A DNA stretch of 64,000 bases from Alphaproteobacteria bacterium (GCA_016124335.1 WGNX01000004.1:144418-208417); one strand, 5' to 3'; shown: positions 1-9,910, counted from the stretch's first letter. Program-made: numbers and translations. Notes: generated by a model not told the origin, from the letters alone.

Positions 1-327
1 ATCGGCCAGAGATTTGCCGGCACTTCGATCCGTACGATCGCCAATTCCGTCGGTCACGCAACCGTAGCGACGCTGCTGATGCTCGGCCTTGCCGTGGCAT
101 TCGCGGAGATGTTCTCGATATTCACGGACCAACCATTTACAGGGCTGGTCCTTGCATATGCGCCCGGCGGCTTCGCGGAAATGAGCCTGATGGCGCTTGC
201 GCTCGGGATTGATACCGCCTTTGTGGCATCCCATCACCTGCTGCGCATAATCGTCGTCGTCACGGCGGGGCCGGCGCTTTTCCGCCGTCTCCATCGATCC
301 AAGGGCAGTCAGATCAACTCACTTTGA
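1..327 (+). CDS. AbrB-family (ammonia-monooxygenase-like) membrane protein, C-terminal fragment; 5' end is outside the window
   Basis: Frame 1 is open from base 1 to the TGA at 325-327. The hydrophobic tail ...LVLAYAPGGFAEMSLMALALGIDTAFVASHHLLRI... resembles the AbrB-duplication membrane family. Confidence 0.6.
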   Translation: MGQRFAGTSIRTIANSVGHATVATLLMLGLAVAFAEMFSIFTDQPFTGLVLAYAPGGFAEMSLMALALGIDTAFVASHHLLRIIVVVTAGPALFRRLHRSKGSQINSL

Positions 328-1135
328 GCGTGATTCCGCCGTCGACGGGAAGCGCAACGCCTGTGATATAGGCCGCGTCGTCGGACGCAAGAAAGACGGC
401 CGCTTTCGCGACGTCCCAGGCGTCGCCCATTCGTCCGGTCGGACATTGCGCGTCGCGCACCGCGATCATCTTGTCGATGTCGCCGCCACCGTAGGCATCC
501 TTCAGCGGTTCGACGATCATCGGCGTATTCATCAGACCCGGCAGAATGCAGTTCGCCCGCACGCCCTTTTTCGCATACTGGAGCGCGATCGATTGCGTGA
601 ACGGGATAACCGCGCCCTTGGTCGTGTTGTACGCGATATAGGGCACGCCGAGATAACGGATGCCGGCAATCGAGGCGATGTTGATGACCGCGCCGCCTCG
701 ACCTTCCTTTTCGAACTGCCGCACGAATACCGGAAGTGCATGCTTGCAGGTCAGGAACATGGATTTGAGGTTTACGCGAATGACGCGATCCCAATCCTCC
801 TCGGCAAGCTCTTCCGGGCCGCCGACAATGACGATCCCGACATTGTTGTGAAGGATATCGAGACGCCCCCAATGCGAAAGGCAAGCTTCGACGCTTGCGG
901 CGACTTCGTCGGAAACCGAGACGTCAGCCGCGCGCGCGATCGCCACGCCGCCTTCCGATGCGATCAGCGCCGCCGTCTCCTCCGCCGCTTCGGCGCGCCG
1001 GTCAAGACAGAGCACACGCGCCCCTTCCCGCGCGTAGAGCACTGCGGCGGCCTTCCCGTTTCCCCATCCGGGGCCCGACGAACCTGCCCCCGTAACCAGT
1101 GCGACCCTGCCCTCAAACCTTCCCGCCACTGCCAT
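314..1135 (-). CDS. SDR-family short-chain dehydrogenase/reductase
   Basis: 273 aa. Gly-rich dinucleotide motif VALVTGAGSSGPG, HNNVGIV, and catalytic Y-x3-K (YNTTK). Its start overlaps the 3' end of the upstream acyl-CoA ligase gene by 23 nt. Confidence 0.9.
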   Translation of the reverse strand: MAVAGRFEGRVALVTGAGSSGPGWGNGKAAAVLYAREGARVLCLDRRAEAAEETAALIASEGGVAIARAADVSVSDEVAASVEACLSHWGRLDILHNNVGIVIVGGPEELAEEDWDRVIRVNLKSMFLTCKHALPVFVRQFEKEGRGGAVINIASIAGIRYLGVPYIAYNTTKGAVIPFTQSIALQYAKKGVRANCILPGLMNTPMIVEPLKDAYGGGDIDKMIAVRDAQCPTGRMGDAWDVAKAAVFLASDDAAYITGVALPVDGGITLKVS

Positions 1136-2603
1136 CCTCCGCTGCGTATCGCTGTCGCAGTTCAGTTTTCAGAATCTTGCCGTACGCATTTTTCGGCAAG
1201 GCTTCGATGAACCTGTATTCTTTCGGTCGCTTGAACCGCGCGATACGCTCAAGACACAACGCGTCGAGCCTGCGGGCATCGAGGTCCTTGTCACGTGCGA
1301 CCACGAAGGCAACTACTCGCTCCCCCCAGTCCCGATCCGGGACGCCGATCACGGAAACTTCCGCGACTGCCGGATGTTCCTGGATCGCCTCCTCGACTTC
1401 GCGCGGATAGATGTTCGAGCCGCCCGAAATGATGACGTCCTTCGATCGGTCGCGCAGCGTGAGATAGCCCCTCTCGTCGAACGCGCCGACGTCACCGGTT
1501 TGCAGCCAGCCACCCGCCAAAGCCCGGGAGGTCGCGTCCGGATCGCCCCAATACCCCTTCATCACGCTGTCGCCGCGCACGAGAACCTCTCCGTCATCGG
1601 CCAGGCGCACATCGACGACCGATTGCGGAGTCCCCACCGACCCGAGGACGGCATCGTCGCCGGACCGATGCGCAGCTTCGACTGTCGCGCGCGTCATTCC
1701 GGTGATGCACATCGGCGATTCGCCTTGCCCGTAAAGTTGGGCAAATCGATAGCCATATACATCGATTGCCGCCTTCAGGTCGGCAACGTACATCGGCGCA
1801 CCCCCATAGACGATCACGCGCAGCAGGCCCGGATCGCCGCCATGTGCCACAAGCCGTTTGATCATCGTCGGTGCGGCGAACATCGTGACCGACGGCCATC
1901 GCCTCCATAGCGCAACGATTTCCGCAGGGTCGAACTGGCCGCTTTCGGGGACGACCTGGGCGTTGCCGATTGCAAGCATCGGGATCGAATAAAGCCCGGA
2001 CCCATGTGACATGGGCGCGGCATGGACGATTGCGCCGCCCGGCGATGGCGGATCGATATCCACGAAATAGCTCATGGCCATCGCGAGAAGGTTGCGATGC
2101 GTAAGCATCGCGCCCTTCGGGCGACCGGTAGTGCCGCTCGTATAGAACAGCCACGCAATGTCGTCGTGTTCGACATCGACGATCGGCATCGGTTCACTCG
2201 AACGCATCCTGTGCCATTCGGTTCCGCCGAATTCGACGGTCGGGACGTTGCCACAAACGCCCCCTACCGCGCCGGAAATGTCGGACGAGCAGAAAATCAG
2301 CCGTGCGCCACTATGCTCGAAGCAGTATGAAAGTTCTCGCGGATGCAGCTTAGCATTGATCGGTACGGCAACCATCCCGGCATGCCAGATTGCGTACAAG
2401 GCCAGTGCATATTCGGGCAAGTTCCCGGAAACGACGGCAATCCTGTCCCCGCTCCGGAAGCCCGCAATATGAAGTCCCGCCGCAACCGATGCGACATCAC
2501 GGGCCATGTCGCGCCAATTCGCCGCGACGGCTTCCCCCAGTCCAAGCGCTGCCTGATCCGGCGCACGCTTCGCATTGCGAACGAGATGCCCGGCGATGTT
2601 CAT
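1113..2603 (-). CDS. AMP-dependent acyl-CoA synthetase/ligase (ANL family)
   Basis: 496 aa. AMP-binding signature YTSGTTGRPKGA, TGDVG...DRSKDVIISGG, and a C-terminal YGKILK lysine. Confidence 0.9.
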   Translation of the reverse strand: MNIAGHLVRNAKRAPDQAALGLGEAVAANWRDMARDVASVAAGLHIAGFRSGDRIAVVSGNLPEYALALYAIWHAGMVAVPINAKLHPRELSYCFEHSGARLIFCSSDISGAVGGVCGNVPTVEFGGTEWHRMRSSEPMPIVDVEHDDIAWLFYTSGTTGRPKGAMLTHRNLLAMAMSYFVDIDPPSPGGAIVHAAPMSHGSGLYSIPMLAIGNAQVVPESGQFDPAEIVALWRRWPSVTMFAAPTMIKRLVAHGGDPGLLRVIVYGGAPMYVADLKAAIDVYGYRFAQLYGQGESPMCITGMTRATVEAAHRSGDDAVLGSVGTPQSVVDVRLADDGEVLVRGDSVMKGYWGDPDATSRALAGGWLQTGDVGAFDERGYLTLRDRSKDVIISGGSNIYPREVEEAIQEHPAVAEVSVIGVPDRDWGERVVAFVVARDKDLDARRLDALCLERIARFKRPKEYRFIEALPKNAYGKILKTELRQRYAAEDGSGGKV

Positions 2604-3037
2604 TCGACCGGTCCTAGCAACGCGTAGGTTGTCGCGACCTGTACGGCAATCTCGTCGGACCCTTCGGGAGAAAGCACAACTTCACCAAACGCGAGCGTAC
2701 GGCCGAGTTTGACAACCCGCCCGCGGGCCAGCACGGAACGGCACGCGAGCGCGCGGACGAAATTTGTCGTCTGCGTTACCGTCGTCATCGCCCGATATCC
2801 GCCCGATGCCGCTGCGACGGCAAACACCATGGCCGTATCCGCAAGTGCCATGCTCGCCTGGCCGCAGACGGTTCCGCCGTCACGGGAAATACGGGAATTG
2901 ACCGGCATTTGAAGGATCGCGAGTCCCGCCTTGTCGAGATCCACGATCTCGATCCCCAGATCAAGAACCCACGGCGCGAATTTTGCGGTCAGGATATCCC
3001 GCGCGGCGGCGACGTCAAAGGTCATGACGCGAACCAT
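2600..3037 (-). CDS. PaaI/hotdog-fold acyl-CoA thioesterase
   Basis: The conserved part is about 141-145 aa (MTFDVAAARDIL...GGTVCGQASMALADTA...GRTLAFGEV...). The track ORF runs to 3235, but that N-terminal extension is Arg/Gly-rich junk. Start taken at ATG 3037 (3025 also possible). The stop overlaps the ligase start. Confidence 0.7.
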   Translation of the reverse strand: MVRVMTFDVAAARDILTAKFAPWVLDLGIEIVDLDKAGLAILQMPVNSRISRDGGTVCGQASMALADTAMVFAVAAASGGYRAMTTVTQTTNFVRALACRSVLARGRVVKLGRTLAFGEVVLSPEGSDEIAVQVATTYALLGPVE

Positions 3038-3225
3038 TGAAGGAGGCCAACCTTCCGGCTCACGAAGACCAGAACCTGCACCACGGCATAGGCGCAAAGG
3101 CCGAATCCGGTCGCGACCGCAAATGTCTTCAGATGAGCCATGGCCCGATCGGTCCCTTCGAGCATCTTTACCGGATGCCGATTTTGCGCGCATTATCGCC
3201 CAACGGATAACGAACGGGCAACCGA

Positions 3226-4551
3226 ATGCCGCCAAGCACCAAGGTCAGTCAGCACGATATCAACCACGCGGTCGGTCTTCACGAGAAGATGGCCAAAGGC
3301 CAGACCGGCGGCGTGCGGCTCGTCCTTTCCTTCAAGGTCGCCGAGCGCATGAACTTTCAGAACCGGGATCTCTCGGAGGCTGAACTCGTCGGCGCGTATC
3401 TCTGTGAATCGAATTTCGCAAAATCGAAACTGTCGCGCGCGAACCTGTTCGGCGCCGACCTCACAGGTTGCGACCTCCACGAGGCGGATCTTTCCAAGGC
3501 CGATCTGCGCGGGGTGCAGCTCAAGCGGGCCAATCTCGAGCGGGCGAACCTTACCGCCGCCGACATCCGCGATGGCTTCATCATCGTACGCGACAAGGAC
3601 GGCAACTTCAGTTACCACAACAACCAGCCGCAGGGCGCCGTCATCACCGACGCCAAGTTCAACAATGCCGACTTGAGCAACGCGAAGATGAGCCGCGTGT
3701 TCGGGCCGCGCACCGACCTGACCGGCTGCATCATGCGCGGCGCGGTTCTCAGGCAGGCCGATCTTTCGAACTCCGATCTCAGCGGCGTGGTTTTGACGGG
3801 CGCGGATCTGACGAACGCGAATCTTTCCAATTGCATCCTCCATGGCGCGACGCTCGCGGGCGCGTTGCTCGACAACACGAATCTCGACGGGGCGGACCTG
3901 ACGGCGTCGAATTTCGGCACCAAGGATCTCGCGCGCGTCGACACGTCGAAATCGGTATTGCCGGTCAATATCGCAAGCCTCGAAAAGTCGGTTCAGCAGA
4001 TTTTCATCGACCATCTCGAATGGCTGAAATCCGAAGGTCGCAGCGGGGCGCAGGCCGATTTCGAGCGCGTGAACCTTGCCGATCTCAATGCGCCCGGCGT
4101 CAATCTTTCGGCAGGCAGGCTGGCGCTTTGCATCCTTCGCAACGCGCGCCTTGCCGGCGGCTATTTCCAGATGGCCGATTTTTCTTCGGCCTTCATGGCG
4201 AACTGCGATCTGACCGGTGCGAAACTCCAAGGCGCCAAGTTCGACAAGGCGACGTTGACTGGCGCAAAACTGCGCGATGCCGACCTGTCGCCGATGCCGG
4301 TCGACAACATGAATCAGCGCAGCTGGAACAGCCGCCTCAAGGAGTCGAACCTCTCCAGCGCCGATCTTCGTGGCGCTAATCTCGCAAAGGCGGACCTGAG
4401 CGGCTCGATCCTGCGCCGGGCCGACCTGCGCGGCGCCGATCTTTCGGACACCGTGCTTCTCGATTGCGATTTTTCGGGTGCCGATCTGCGCGAGGCCAAT
4501 CTGAACGGCGCCGACACCAGGGGCACGTCAGGGCTCGACAAGGCCATTTAG
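3226..4551 (+). CDS. Large pentapeptide-repeat protein
   Basis: 441 aa. Dozens of A(D/N)LxG/A-type pentapeptides (ANLFGADLTGCDLHEADLSKADLRGVQLKRANLERANL...), interrupted by short non-repeat inserts near aa 105-130 and 235-275. Confidence 0.85.
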   Translation: MPPSTKVSQHDINHAVGLHEKMAKGQTGGVRLVLSFKVAERMNFQNRDLSEAELVGAYLCESNFAKSKLSRANLFGADLTGCDLHEADLSKADLRGVQLKRANLERANLTAADIRDGFIIVRDKDGNFSYHNNQPQGAVITDAKFNNADLSNAKMSRVFGPRTDLTGCIMRGAVLRQADLSNSDLSGVVLTGADLTNANLSNCILHGATLAGALLDNTNLDGADLTASNFGTKDLARVDTSKSVLPVNIASLEKSVQQIFIDHLEWLKSEGRSGAQADFERVNLADLNAPGVNLSAGRLALCILRNARLAGGYFQMADFSSAFMANCDLTGAKLQGAKFDKATLTGAKLRDADLSPMPVDNMNQRSWNSRLKESNLSSADLRGANLAKADLSGSILRRADLRGADLSDTVLLDCDFSGADLREANLNGADTRGTSGLDKAI

Positions 4552-4656
4552 CCCGCGGCGCCAAGGCGGGTAACTTTTTGTAATTTGACTTTGCATATTG
4601 CAAAGAGTGGCTACATTTGTGCCCATGCTCCTCATCGGTTTTCCCCCCTCGCCGCG

Positions 4657-5340
4657 ATGAGCGAAGGACCGAAATTCGAACGCAAGATCGTCCTTACGCT
4701 AAAAGGCGTCGATGGCGCATTGCGTGATTTTGAGATCACGCAAGGGCCAAGGCTGCTCCGATTCCGCTTCCCGGCCGGTGCGCAGATATTCAAGGAGGGT
4801 GACCCCGGCGATAACGCCTTCCTCATTGAGTCAGGGCTCGTACGGATCGTTCAGGCGACCACCGAAACACCCCAGGTGAAGATCAGCACGAAAGCTGCGG
4901 TGATTGAACCGGGCCGCGTGGCAATCCATCAGGAACTCGAACAGGATGCCCCGATGGAGGTCGAACTGGCCCGATTGGGAGCCGGCGCGCTGTTCGGCGA
5001 GCTTGCGTTGATCGACGGGATGCCCCGTTCGGCAAGTGCGGTCGCGCTTGAAAACACCGTTTGCGTCGCGGTTTCGTCGCCCCAGCTCGACACCCATTTG
5101 CAGCAGGCGACCCCGGAACTGGCGGCACGAATTCGGGTGCTGATGGCGTTCATCCGAGCCGTGCCGGCACGTGCGACTTGGCCCAAGGGCGAGTTCCCGC
5201 GCGAGCGTGCGGGCGACATCGCTGCGGTCCGGGTCGCTCTCGACCCGCGGGATCGGGGCGGGCCGCTCGAGATACCGAGCCCCTTCCTGCGAGCGGTCTA
5301 TCGATCGCTTTGCGAGTATGCACTATCGCGCTTTCCCTGA
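4657..5340 (+). CDS. Stand-alone cyclic-nucleotide-binding (CAP/Crp effector-domain) protein, no recognisable HTH
   Basis: cNMP-binding beta-barrel motifs FKEGDPGDNAFLIESGLVRI ... GALFGELALIDGMPRSASAVA. The track ORF starts at TTG 4585; the first ATG (4657) is preferred. The start remains uncertain. Confidence 0.65.
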   Translation: MSEGPKFERKIVLTLKGVDGALRDFEITQGPRLLRFRFPAGAQIFKEGDPGDNAFLIESGLVRIVQATTETPQVKISTKAAVIEPGRVAIHQELEQDAPMEVELARLGAGALFGELALIDGMPRSASAVALENTVCVAVSSPQLDTHLQQATPELAARIRVLMAFIRAVPARATWPKGEFPRERAGDIAAVRVALDPRDRGGPLEIPSPFLRAVYRSLCEYALSRFP

Positions 5341-5921
5341 TCGGACACGACCGGAAGCGCCCGGTCGAGGCGGCGCGAGAGCAGCCAAAACAGGGCCGAA
5401 AATGCCGTAAAGAGCGCCAGAGACAAGCGCCCTGCCGCATCACCCAATGCCTGCTGTGAAAACGCCCCGAAGGCATAACCGCAGCCGACGACAAGTGGGG
5501 CCCAAACAGTCGCGGAAAGGACGTTCAGCAGCGAAAACCGCCAAAGCGGCATTGTCGACATTCCAAACGCAAAGCCGGCAAACCCCCGGACCATGTGGGG
5601 GTATCGGCAAATCATGACCATGAGGCATTGATGCCGGTCTGCGAGCAATGCAGCCGTTTCGATGCCCCGCCGGACACGCGGGAAGGCATCGAACAGGCCA
5701 AGGCCAAACCGGCGACCGATCGCAAACCGGATCTGGTCGCCGACGATGCCGCCGATCCAGATGCACGCGATCGCCGTATCGAGCGAGATCGCGCCAAGAT
5801 GCGCCGCATAACCGGCAAAAAGCGGAAGCAGCAGGGAATTCGAAGCCGCATATGCCGCCAGAAACGCGTAGACAGCGTCGCCATGGCTCCGGATCAACTC
5901 CAAAATCGTTTCAACGTCCAT
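5298..5921 (-). CDS. DedA/SNARE-associated family membrane protein
   Basis: 207 aa, multi-TM, with a DedA-like core ...GGIVGDQIRFAIGRRFG.... Convergent 43-nt overlap with the preceding gene. Confidence 0.75.
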   Translation of the reverse strand: MDVETILELIRSHGDAVYAFLAAYAASNSLLLPLFAGYAAHLGAISLDTAIACIWIGGIVGDQIRFAIGRRFGLGLFDAFPRVRRGIETAALLADRHQCLMVMICRYPHMVRGFAGFAFGMSTMPLWRFSLLNVLSATVWAPLVVGCGYAFGAFSQQALGDAAGRLSLALFTAFSALFWLLSRRLDRALPVVSDQGKRDSAYSQSDR

Positions 5922-5971
5922 CGATCATCCGGAGAGTGGAAAGACCGGCATGACATGGTTACGCTCCGGCC

Positions 5972-6985
5972 ATGATTCAATCGAAACTTCGCCTGGGCGT
6001 GCTCGACCAATCGCCGATCCCGGTCGGCGGCACCGCCGCAGGGGCTCTCCAAGAAACGCTTGAACTGGCAAGGCTCGCCGAAACGCTGGGGTTCGAGCGA
6101 TATTGGGTTGCCGAGCATCATGGCGCACCCGGATTTGCCGGAACCGCGCCCGAAATCCTGATTGCCCGGATCGCCGGCCTGACAAGCCGAATTCGCGTCG
6201 GTTCGGCAGGCGTCATGCTTTCGCACTATGCGCCTTTGAAAGTCGCCGAGACATTCCGCATTCTCGAGGCGTTTTATCCCGGACGCATCGATCTTGGCAT
6301 CGGACGGGCTCCCGGTTCCGACCAGCGGACGGCGTATGCCCTTGAGCCGGGCGGACCCTACGATATCGCGGAGTTTCCCGGGAAAATTGCCGACCTGATC
6401 GGCTTTCTGGGAAACTCGCTACCGGCCGATCACCCGTTTCGGTCGATTCTGGTTCAGCCCGCCGGCCCGACGCTGCCAGAAATGTGGATGCTCGGCTCGT
6501 CCGACCAAAGTGCCGCCTATGCAGCAATGTTCGGGCTTCCCTTCGCGTTCGCGCATTTCATCAGCGGCCACGGCGGCGAGGAAGCCTGCGCCGCCTATCG
6601 TGCAAATTACCGCCCGTCGCCGGCATATCCTTCGCCAAGGACGGCGCTGGCCGTGTTCGCGATTTGCGCCGAAACCCATGAGGAAGCGGCTCGGCTCGCT
6701 TCAAGTCGAGAACTTTGGCGCCTGCGCGTCGAACGGGGCGAATTGGCACCGATCCCAAGCCCGGAAGAGGCGCTCGCGTACGACTATTCGGATCTCGAAC
6801 GAGCGCGTATTGCCCGAACGCGCGCAAGACAGATTGTCGGCAATCCTCAATCCGTCCGGATGAAAATCGAAGCGCTGGCAACCGCACACGGTTCCGAAGA
6901 AATATCGATCGTTACGATTACGTTCGATCCGATTGCGCGGCGAAGGTCGTACGAACTGCTCGCCCGTGAATTCGCGTTGTCCTAG
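5972..6985 (+). CDS. LLM-class (luciferase-like) flavin-dependent oxidoreductase
   Basis: 337 aa. N-terminus RLGVLDQSPI...LARLAETLGFERYWVAEHH...GSAGVMLSHYAPLKVAE is typical of the YhbW-like LLM family. Confidence 0.85.
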   Translation: MIQSKLRLGVLDQSPIPVGGTAAGALQETLELARLAETLGFERYWVAEHHGAPGFAGTAPEILIARIAGLTSRIRVGSAGVMLSHYAPLKVAETFRILEAFYPGRIDLGIGRAPGSDQRTAYALEPGGPYDIAEFPGKIADLIGFLGNSLPADHPFRSILVQPAGPTLPEMWMLGSSDQSAAYAAMFGLPFAFAHFISGHGGEEACAAYRANYRPSPAYPSPRTALAVFAICAETHEEAARLASSRELWRLRVERGELAPIPSPEEALAYDYSDLERARIARTRARQIVGNPQSVRMKIEALATAHGSEEISIVTITFDPIARRRSYELLAREFALS

Positions 6986-7323
6986 CCGCGGTCAACTGGA
7001 AGACCGGCGGCCTGCCAGGCACCGATGCCGCCTGCCAGATTCACGATATTTTCTGCACCGACGATGGGTGCGAGAGCCTGGGCCGCACGCATCGAGCGCC
7101 CCCCGGCAAGGCACGACATGATGATCCGCTTGCCGCGGAGTGCCGCCAGGGACTGGGGATTGAAGGTCGAAAGCGGAGACAGAAGTGCACCCGGAATCCG
7201 CTCCGCCATGTATTCACCCGCTTCGCGCACGTCGATAAGAACCGCGTTACCGGCCGCGAGTTCGTCACGTGCCTGAATGGCGCCTATTTCATGGATGCCG
7301 CCAACGCCTGCCTGAAGAGCCAT
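6982..7323 (-). CDS. Single-domain rhodanese (sulfurtransferase)
   Basis: 113 aa from ATG 7323. AVLIDVREAGEY...IPGA and active-site loop SCLAGGRS. The remaining 251-aa track ORF upstream is antisense to lysR. Confidence 0.8.
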   Translation of the reverse strand: MALQAGVGGIHEIGAIQARDELAAGNAVLIDVREAGEYMAERIPGALLSPLSTFNPQSLAALRGKRIIMSCLAGGRSMRAAQALAPIVGAENIVNLAGGIGAWQAAGLPVDRG

Positions 7324-7417
7324 TTTCCGGAATCTCCAAAATGTATCCGCGTTCAGATATCGCCCGACAGGAACGAAAACAAGATGAAGTTTTTCCCGGA
7401 ATGACCGAGATTTAGGC

Positions 7418-8329
7418 ATGTCCCGACGCCTTCCCCCATTGAACTCGCTGCGCGCGTTTGAAGCTGCGGCACGCCTGCTTTCGTTTTCGAAGGCTGCCGA
7501 TGAACTACACGTCACGCCGGCCGCGATCAGCCACCAGATCAAAGGACTTGAAGACCAACTCGGCGTGAAGCTTTTCCGGCGCGACCGGCAGAAGGTTGCG
7601 CTGACCGAAGCCGGAGGTTTCCTGCTGCCCGGGTTGCGCGAAGGTTTCGATCTGATCGCCGGTGCCGTCGCCGACGTTGCCGAGCGCGACATGAAGGGCG
7701 TCATGACCGTTTCTTCCGCCCCTTCCTTCGCCGCCAAATGGCTCGTGCCGAGATTGGACCGCTTCGCCGAACGCCATCCCGAAATCGACGTACGGCTATC
7801 AGCGTCGATGTCTCTCGTCGATTTCGCGCGCGACGACGTCGACGTCGCCGTCCGCTATGGTTCGGGCCAGTATTCGGGCCTTCTTGTCGAGCGCCTTTTT
7901 CCGGAAACGGTCGTGCCGGTCTGCGCGCCGGCGCTTCTCAAGGGCAGGCACGCGCTGAAATCTCCTTCGGATCTTCGCCATCACACGTTGCTTCACGACG
8001 ACGCATCGGACGGCGATGAAACCTGCCCGGACTGGCGGATGTGGCTGAAGGCGGCTGGCGTATCCGGCATCGACGCGCGGTTCGGCCCCCGTTTCAACCA
8101 GTCGAGCCTTGTCCTTGAGGCGGCGATCCTTGGCCGAGGCGTTGCCCTCGCCAAACTCCGGCTCGCCGAAAACGACCTGGCGAGCGGTCGGCTCGTCCGG
8201 CCTTTCGCCGTCGCGACTCCAGTCCGGTTTGCGTACTATGTCGTGAGCCCGCCGGGTCGCGCGCAGAGGCCCAAGGTCGCGGCCTTCCGCGAATGGCTCA
8301 AGGAAGAGGCTGCGGCGACGGCGGATTGA
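7418..8329 (+). CDS. LysR-family transcriptional regulator (GcvA-like)
   Basis: 303 aa. N-terminal wHTH LPPLNSLRAFEAAARLLSFSKAADELHVTPAAISHQIKGLE. Divergent from the rhodanese gene. Confidence 0.9.
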   Translation: MSRRLPPLNSLRAFEAAARLLSFSKAADELHVTPAAISHQIKGLEDQLGVKLFRRDRQKVALTEAGGFLLPGLREGFDLIAGAVADVAERDMKGVMTVSSAPSFAAKWLVPRLDRFAERHPEIDVRLSASMSLVDFARDDVDVAVRYGSGQYSGLLVERLFPETVVPVCAPALLKGRHALKSPSDLRHHTLLHDDASDGDETCPDWRMWLKAAGVSGIDARFGPRFNQSSLVLEAAILGRGVALAKLRLAENDLASGRLVRPFAVATPVRFAYYVVSPPGRAQRPKVAAFREWLKEEAAATAD

Positions 8330-8666
8330 ACTTTGCGGCCAACTCCGCCGGAACGGCAACTGGCATGTCGAGAAGCCGCTGCGCCAAGGCGCGACCTTCG
8401 GGATCGAAAGACAGGTCGTGGCCTCGTCCGGCACCGGCCATGCCTTCGAGTACGAAATGGAACGCGACCAATCCCGGCAATTCCCGGCGTACGATACGCG
8501 CCGGGCGAAATGCGCCGAACCACGCCAGCACACGGGACGGCGTCACTGCATCGCGAACAATGTGCCAGTACGAAGCATCGCGCAGCACGAGGTTGACGAC
8601 GAGCGCACTGCCGGCGACCTGGGCGCGTGAATACGCCAATTGACGAAGCGATAGAATCGAACTCAT
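8298..8666 (-). CDS. Small DUF4387-like protein (usual partner of AtuA/DUF1446 proteins)
   Basis: About 122 aa from ATG 8666, which forms an ATGA overlap with the stop of the upstream AtuA-like gene. Loose similarity to the DUF4387 pattern; the assignment is tentative. Confidence 0.5.
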   Translation of the reverse strand: MSSILSLRQLAYSRAQVAGSALVVNLVLRDASYWHIVRDAVTPSRVLAWFGAFRPARIVRRELPGLVAFHFVLEGMAGAGRGHDLSFDPEGRALAQRLLDMPVAVPAELAAKFNPPSPQPLP

Positions 8667-9907
8667 GGGTCGGCCGGCGGCGTGGCGCTCCACGGCGCCA
8701 ATGCCCTGGGTATTTGCGCCGTACTCAGGTGCCTTGCCCGTGTCATCGATTTTCGCATCCCGCCGGCACCGCCGGGTGCCTGCTCGACCATGCTCTCGAA
8801 TTCAGCCAAGGCGGCACGCGCAAGTTCCTGATTTGCGGTACGCGCGACAAGACGTAGCCGAACGTCCCGTCCCGGAACGATGGGCAGATCTCCGGCATGT
8901 TCGGTGGCCGAGCGCGTGATCGAATCGACTCCGACAACTTCGACACGGAACCGCTCGTCCTTCAGTACGCCCGACAAGCGCCGCTCGAGTGCACGCGCGG
9001 CCGCAATTGCCCGCCCCGCTGCCCCGCTTCCGCCAAAGGCGATTTCCGCTTCCGCGTTGAATCCGCTTTCAAACGTGAGGGTTCCGGCAAGCCAGTCGAC
9101 CGGCGCGCGGCCTGCGACACCGGACATGGCCAAACCGAGCAGACTCAACGTCGATAGATCGACCGTTACATCTGGCTCGATGATCGCGCCGGGATCGCGA
9201 ACGCCATCGAGAAGTGCAAGCGCCAATGATTCCGTGGAGGGCGCGGTACCGCTCGAGCCGAGTGACACGGCGCCATCCGGGCCTATGTCCACGAACGGCA
9301 ATCCGCTCGCGGCATCAATATCGTCAAGCGCACCGCTGAGGCTTGCTGCTCCGCCGCAGATCACCCGACCCGCCATGGCTGCCGCAGCGAGATTCTGGTA
9401 TGCGTCCGCCGGCCATCGATGTTCGTGCCTCGCGAATGCCACTGCCAAAGCCGATGTCGCCAGTGGGCCGGTTACAATTACCTCTGCGCCTCTCGCGAAT
9501 AGACCAAGCAGCGGCTCAGCGCCGAGCGGAGCGAGTGCCGCGACAAGCGCGGATCCGGCCGGTGCGGGCGGGTCACAGGGTACCGCAAGAAGACGGACAC
9601 CCTGCTGGGTCGCCAGAATGTCGCGCGATTGCAACAATCCGACCCGAGGCCGCCGGCGCGCCAGACGGGCCGCCATGCCGACGATCGAATTCGCGACGGC
9701 GGCCACGTCGCCATCGATAACCTCAACGGCCAGTCGAATGCGCTTGGAGAGGCAATCGATCAGGATGCCGGAGAGCGCACGATCGGCTTCCTCGCCCGAC
9801 AACCGGACAGCCAGGCAAGCCGAGGTCTGGTGCGCCGCAAGAATTTCGAGCAGTCGTGCGGTGTGGTCAGGTCGCCCGCCCCGTCCGGCGTGCCCGATAC
9901 GCGCCAT
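8663..9907 (-). CDS. AtuA-like (DUF1446, acyclic-terpene-utilisation family) protein
   Basis: 414 aa, Ala/Gly-rich. The N-terminal RIGHAGRGGRPDH...LLEIL resembles the IG.gsGfwgD start of DUF1446. The paired downstream small ORF fits the known AtuA/DUF4387 gene pair. Recognised by pattern only. Confidence 0.55.
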   Translation of the reverse strand: MARIGHAGRGGRPDHTARLLEILAAHQTSACLAVRLSGEEADRALSGILIDCLSKRIRLAVEVIDGDVAAVANSIVGMAARLARRRPRVGLLQSRDILATQQGVRLLAVPCDPPAPAGSALVAALAPLGAEPLLGLFARGAEVIVTGPLATSALAVAFARHEHRWPADAYQNLAAAAMAGRVICGGAASLSGALDDIDAASGLPFVDIGPDGAVSLGSSGTAPSTESLALALLDGVRDPGAIIEPDVTVDLSTLSLLGLAMSGVAGRAPVDWLAGTLTFESGFNAEAEIAFGGSGAAGRAIAAARALERRLSGVLKDERFRVEVVGVDSITRSATEHAGDLPIVPGRDVRLRLVARTANQELARAALAEFESMVEQAPGGAGGMRKSMTRARHLSTAQIPRALAPWSATPPADP

Positions 9908-9910
9908 GCG

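Noticed and set aside
3193-4230. 345-aa ORF on the minus strand opposite the pentapeptide-repeat gene
   Set aside because: It is a mirror-image ORF produced by the repetitive, GC-rich coding strand. It is low-complexity (Arg/Ala/Glu-rich) with no recognisable family, and the plus-strand gene explains the region.
3340-4540. 15-nt periodicity at the DNA level, considered as a tandem repeat, VNTR or CRISPR-like array
   Set aside because: The periodicity is the degenerate coding repeat of the pentapeptide protein. There are no identical repeat units or spacers.
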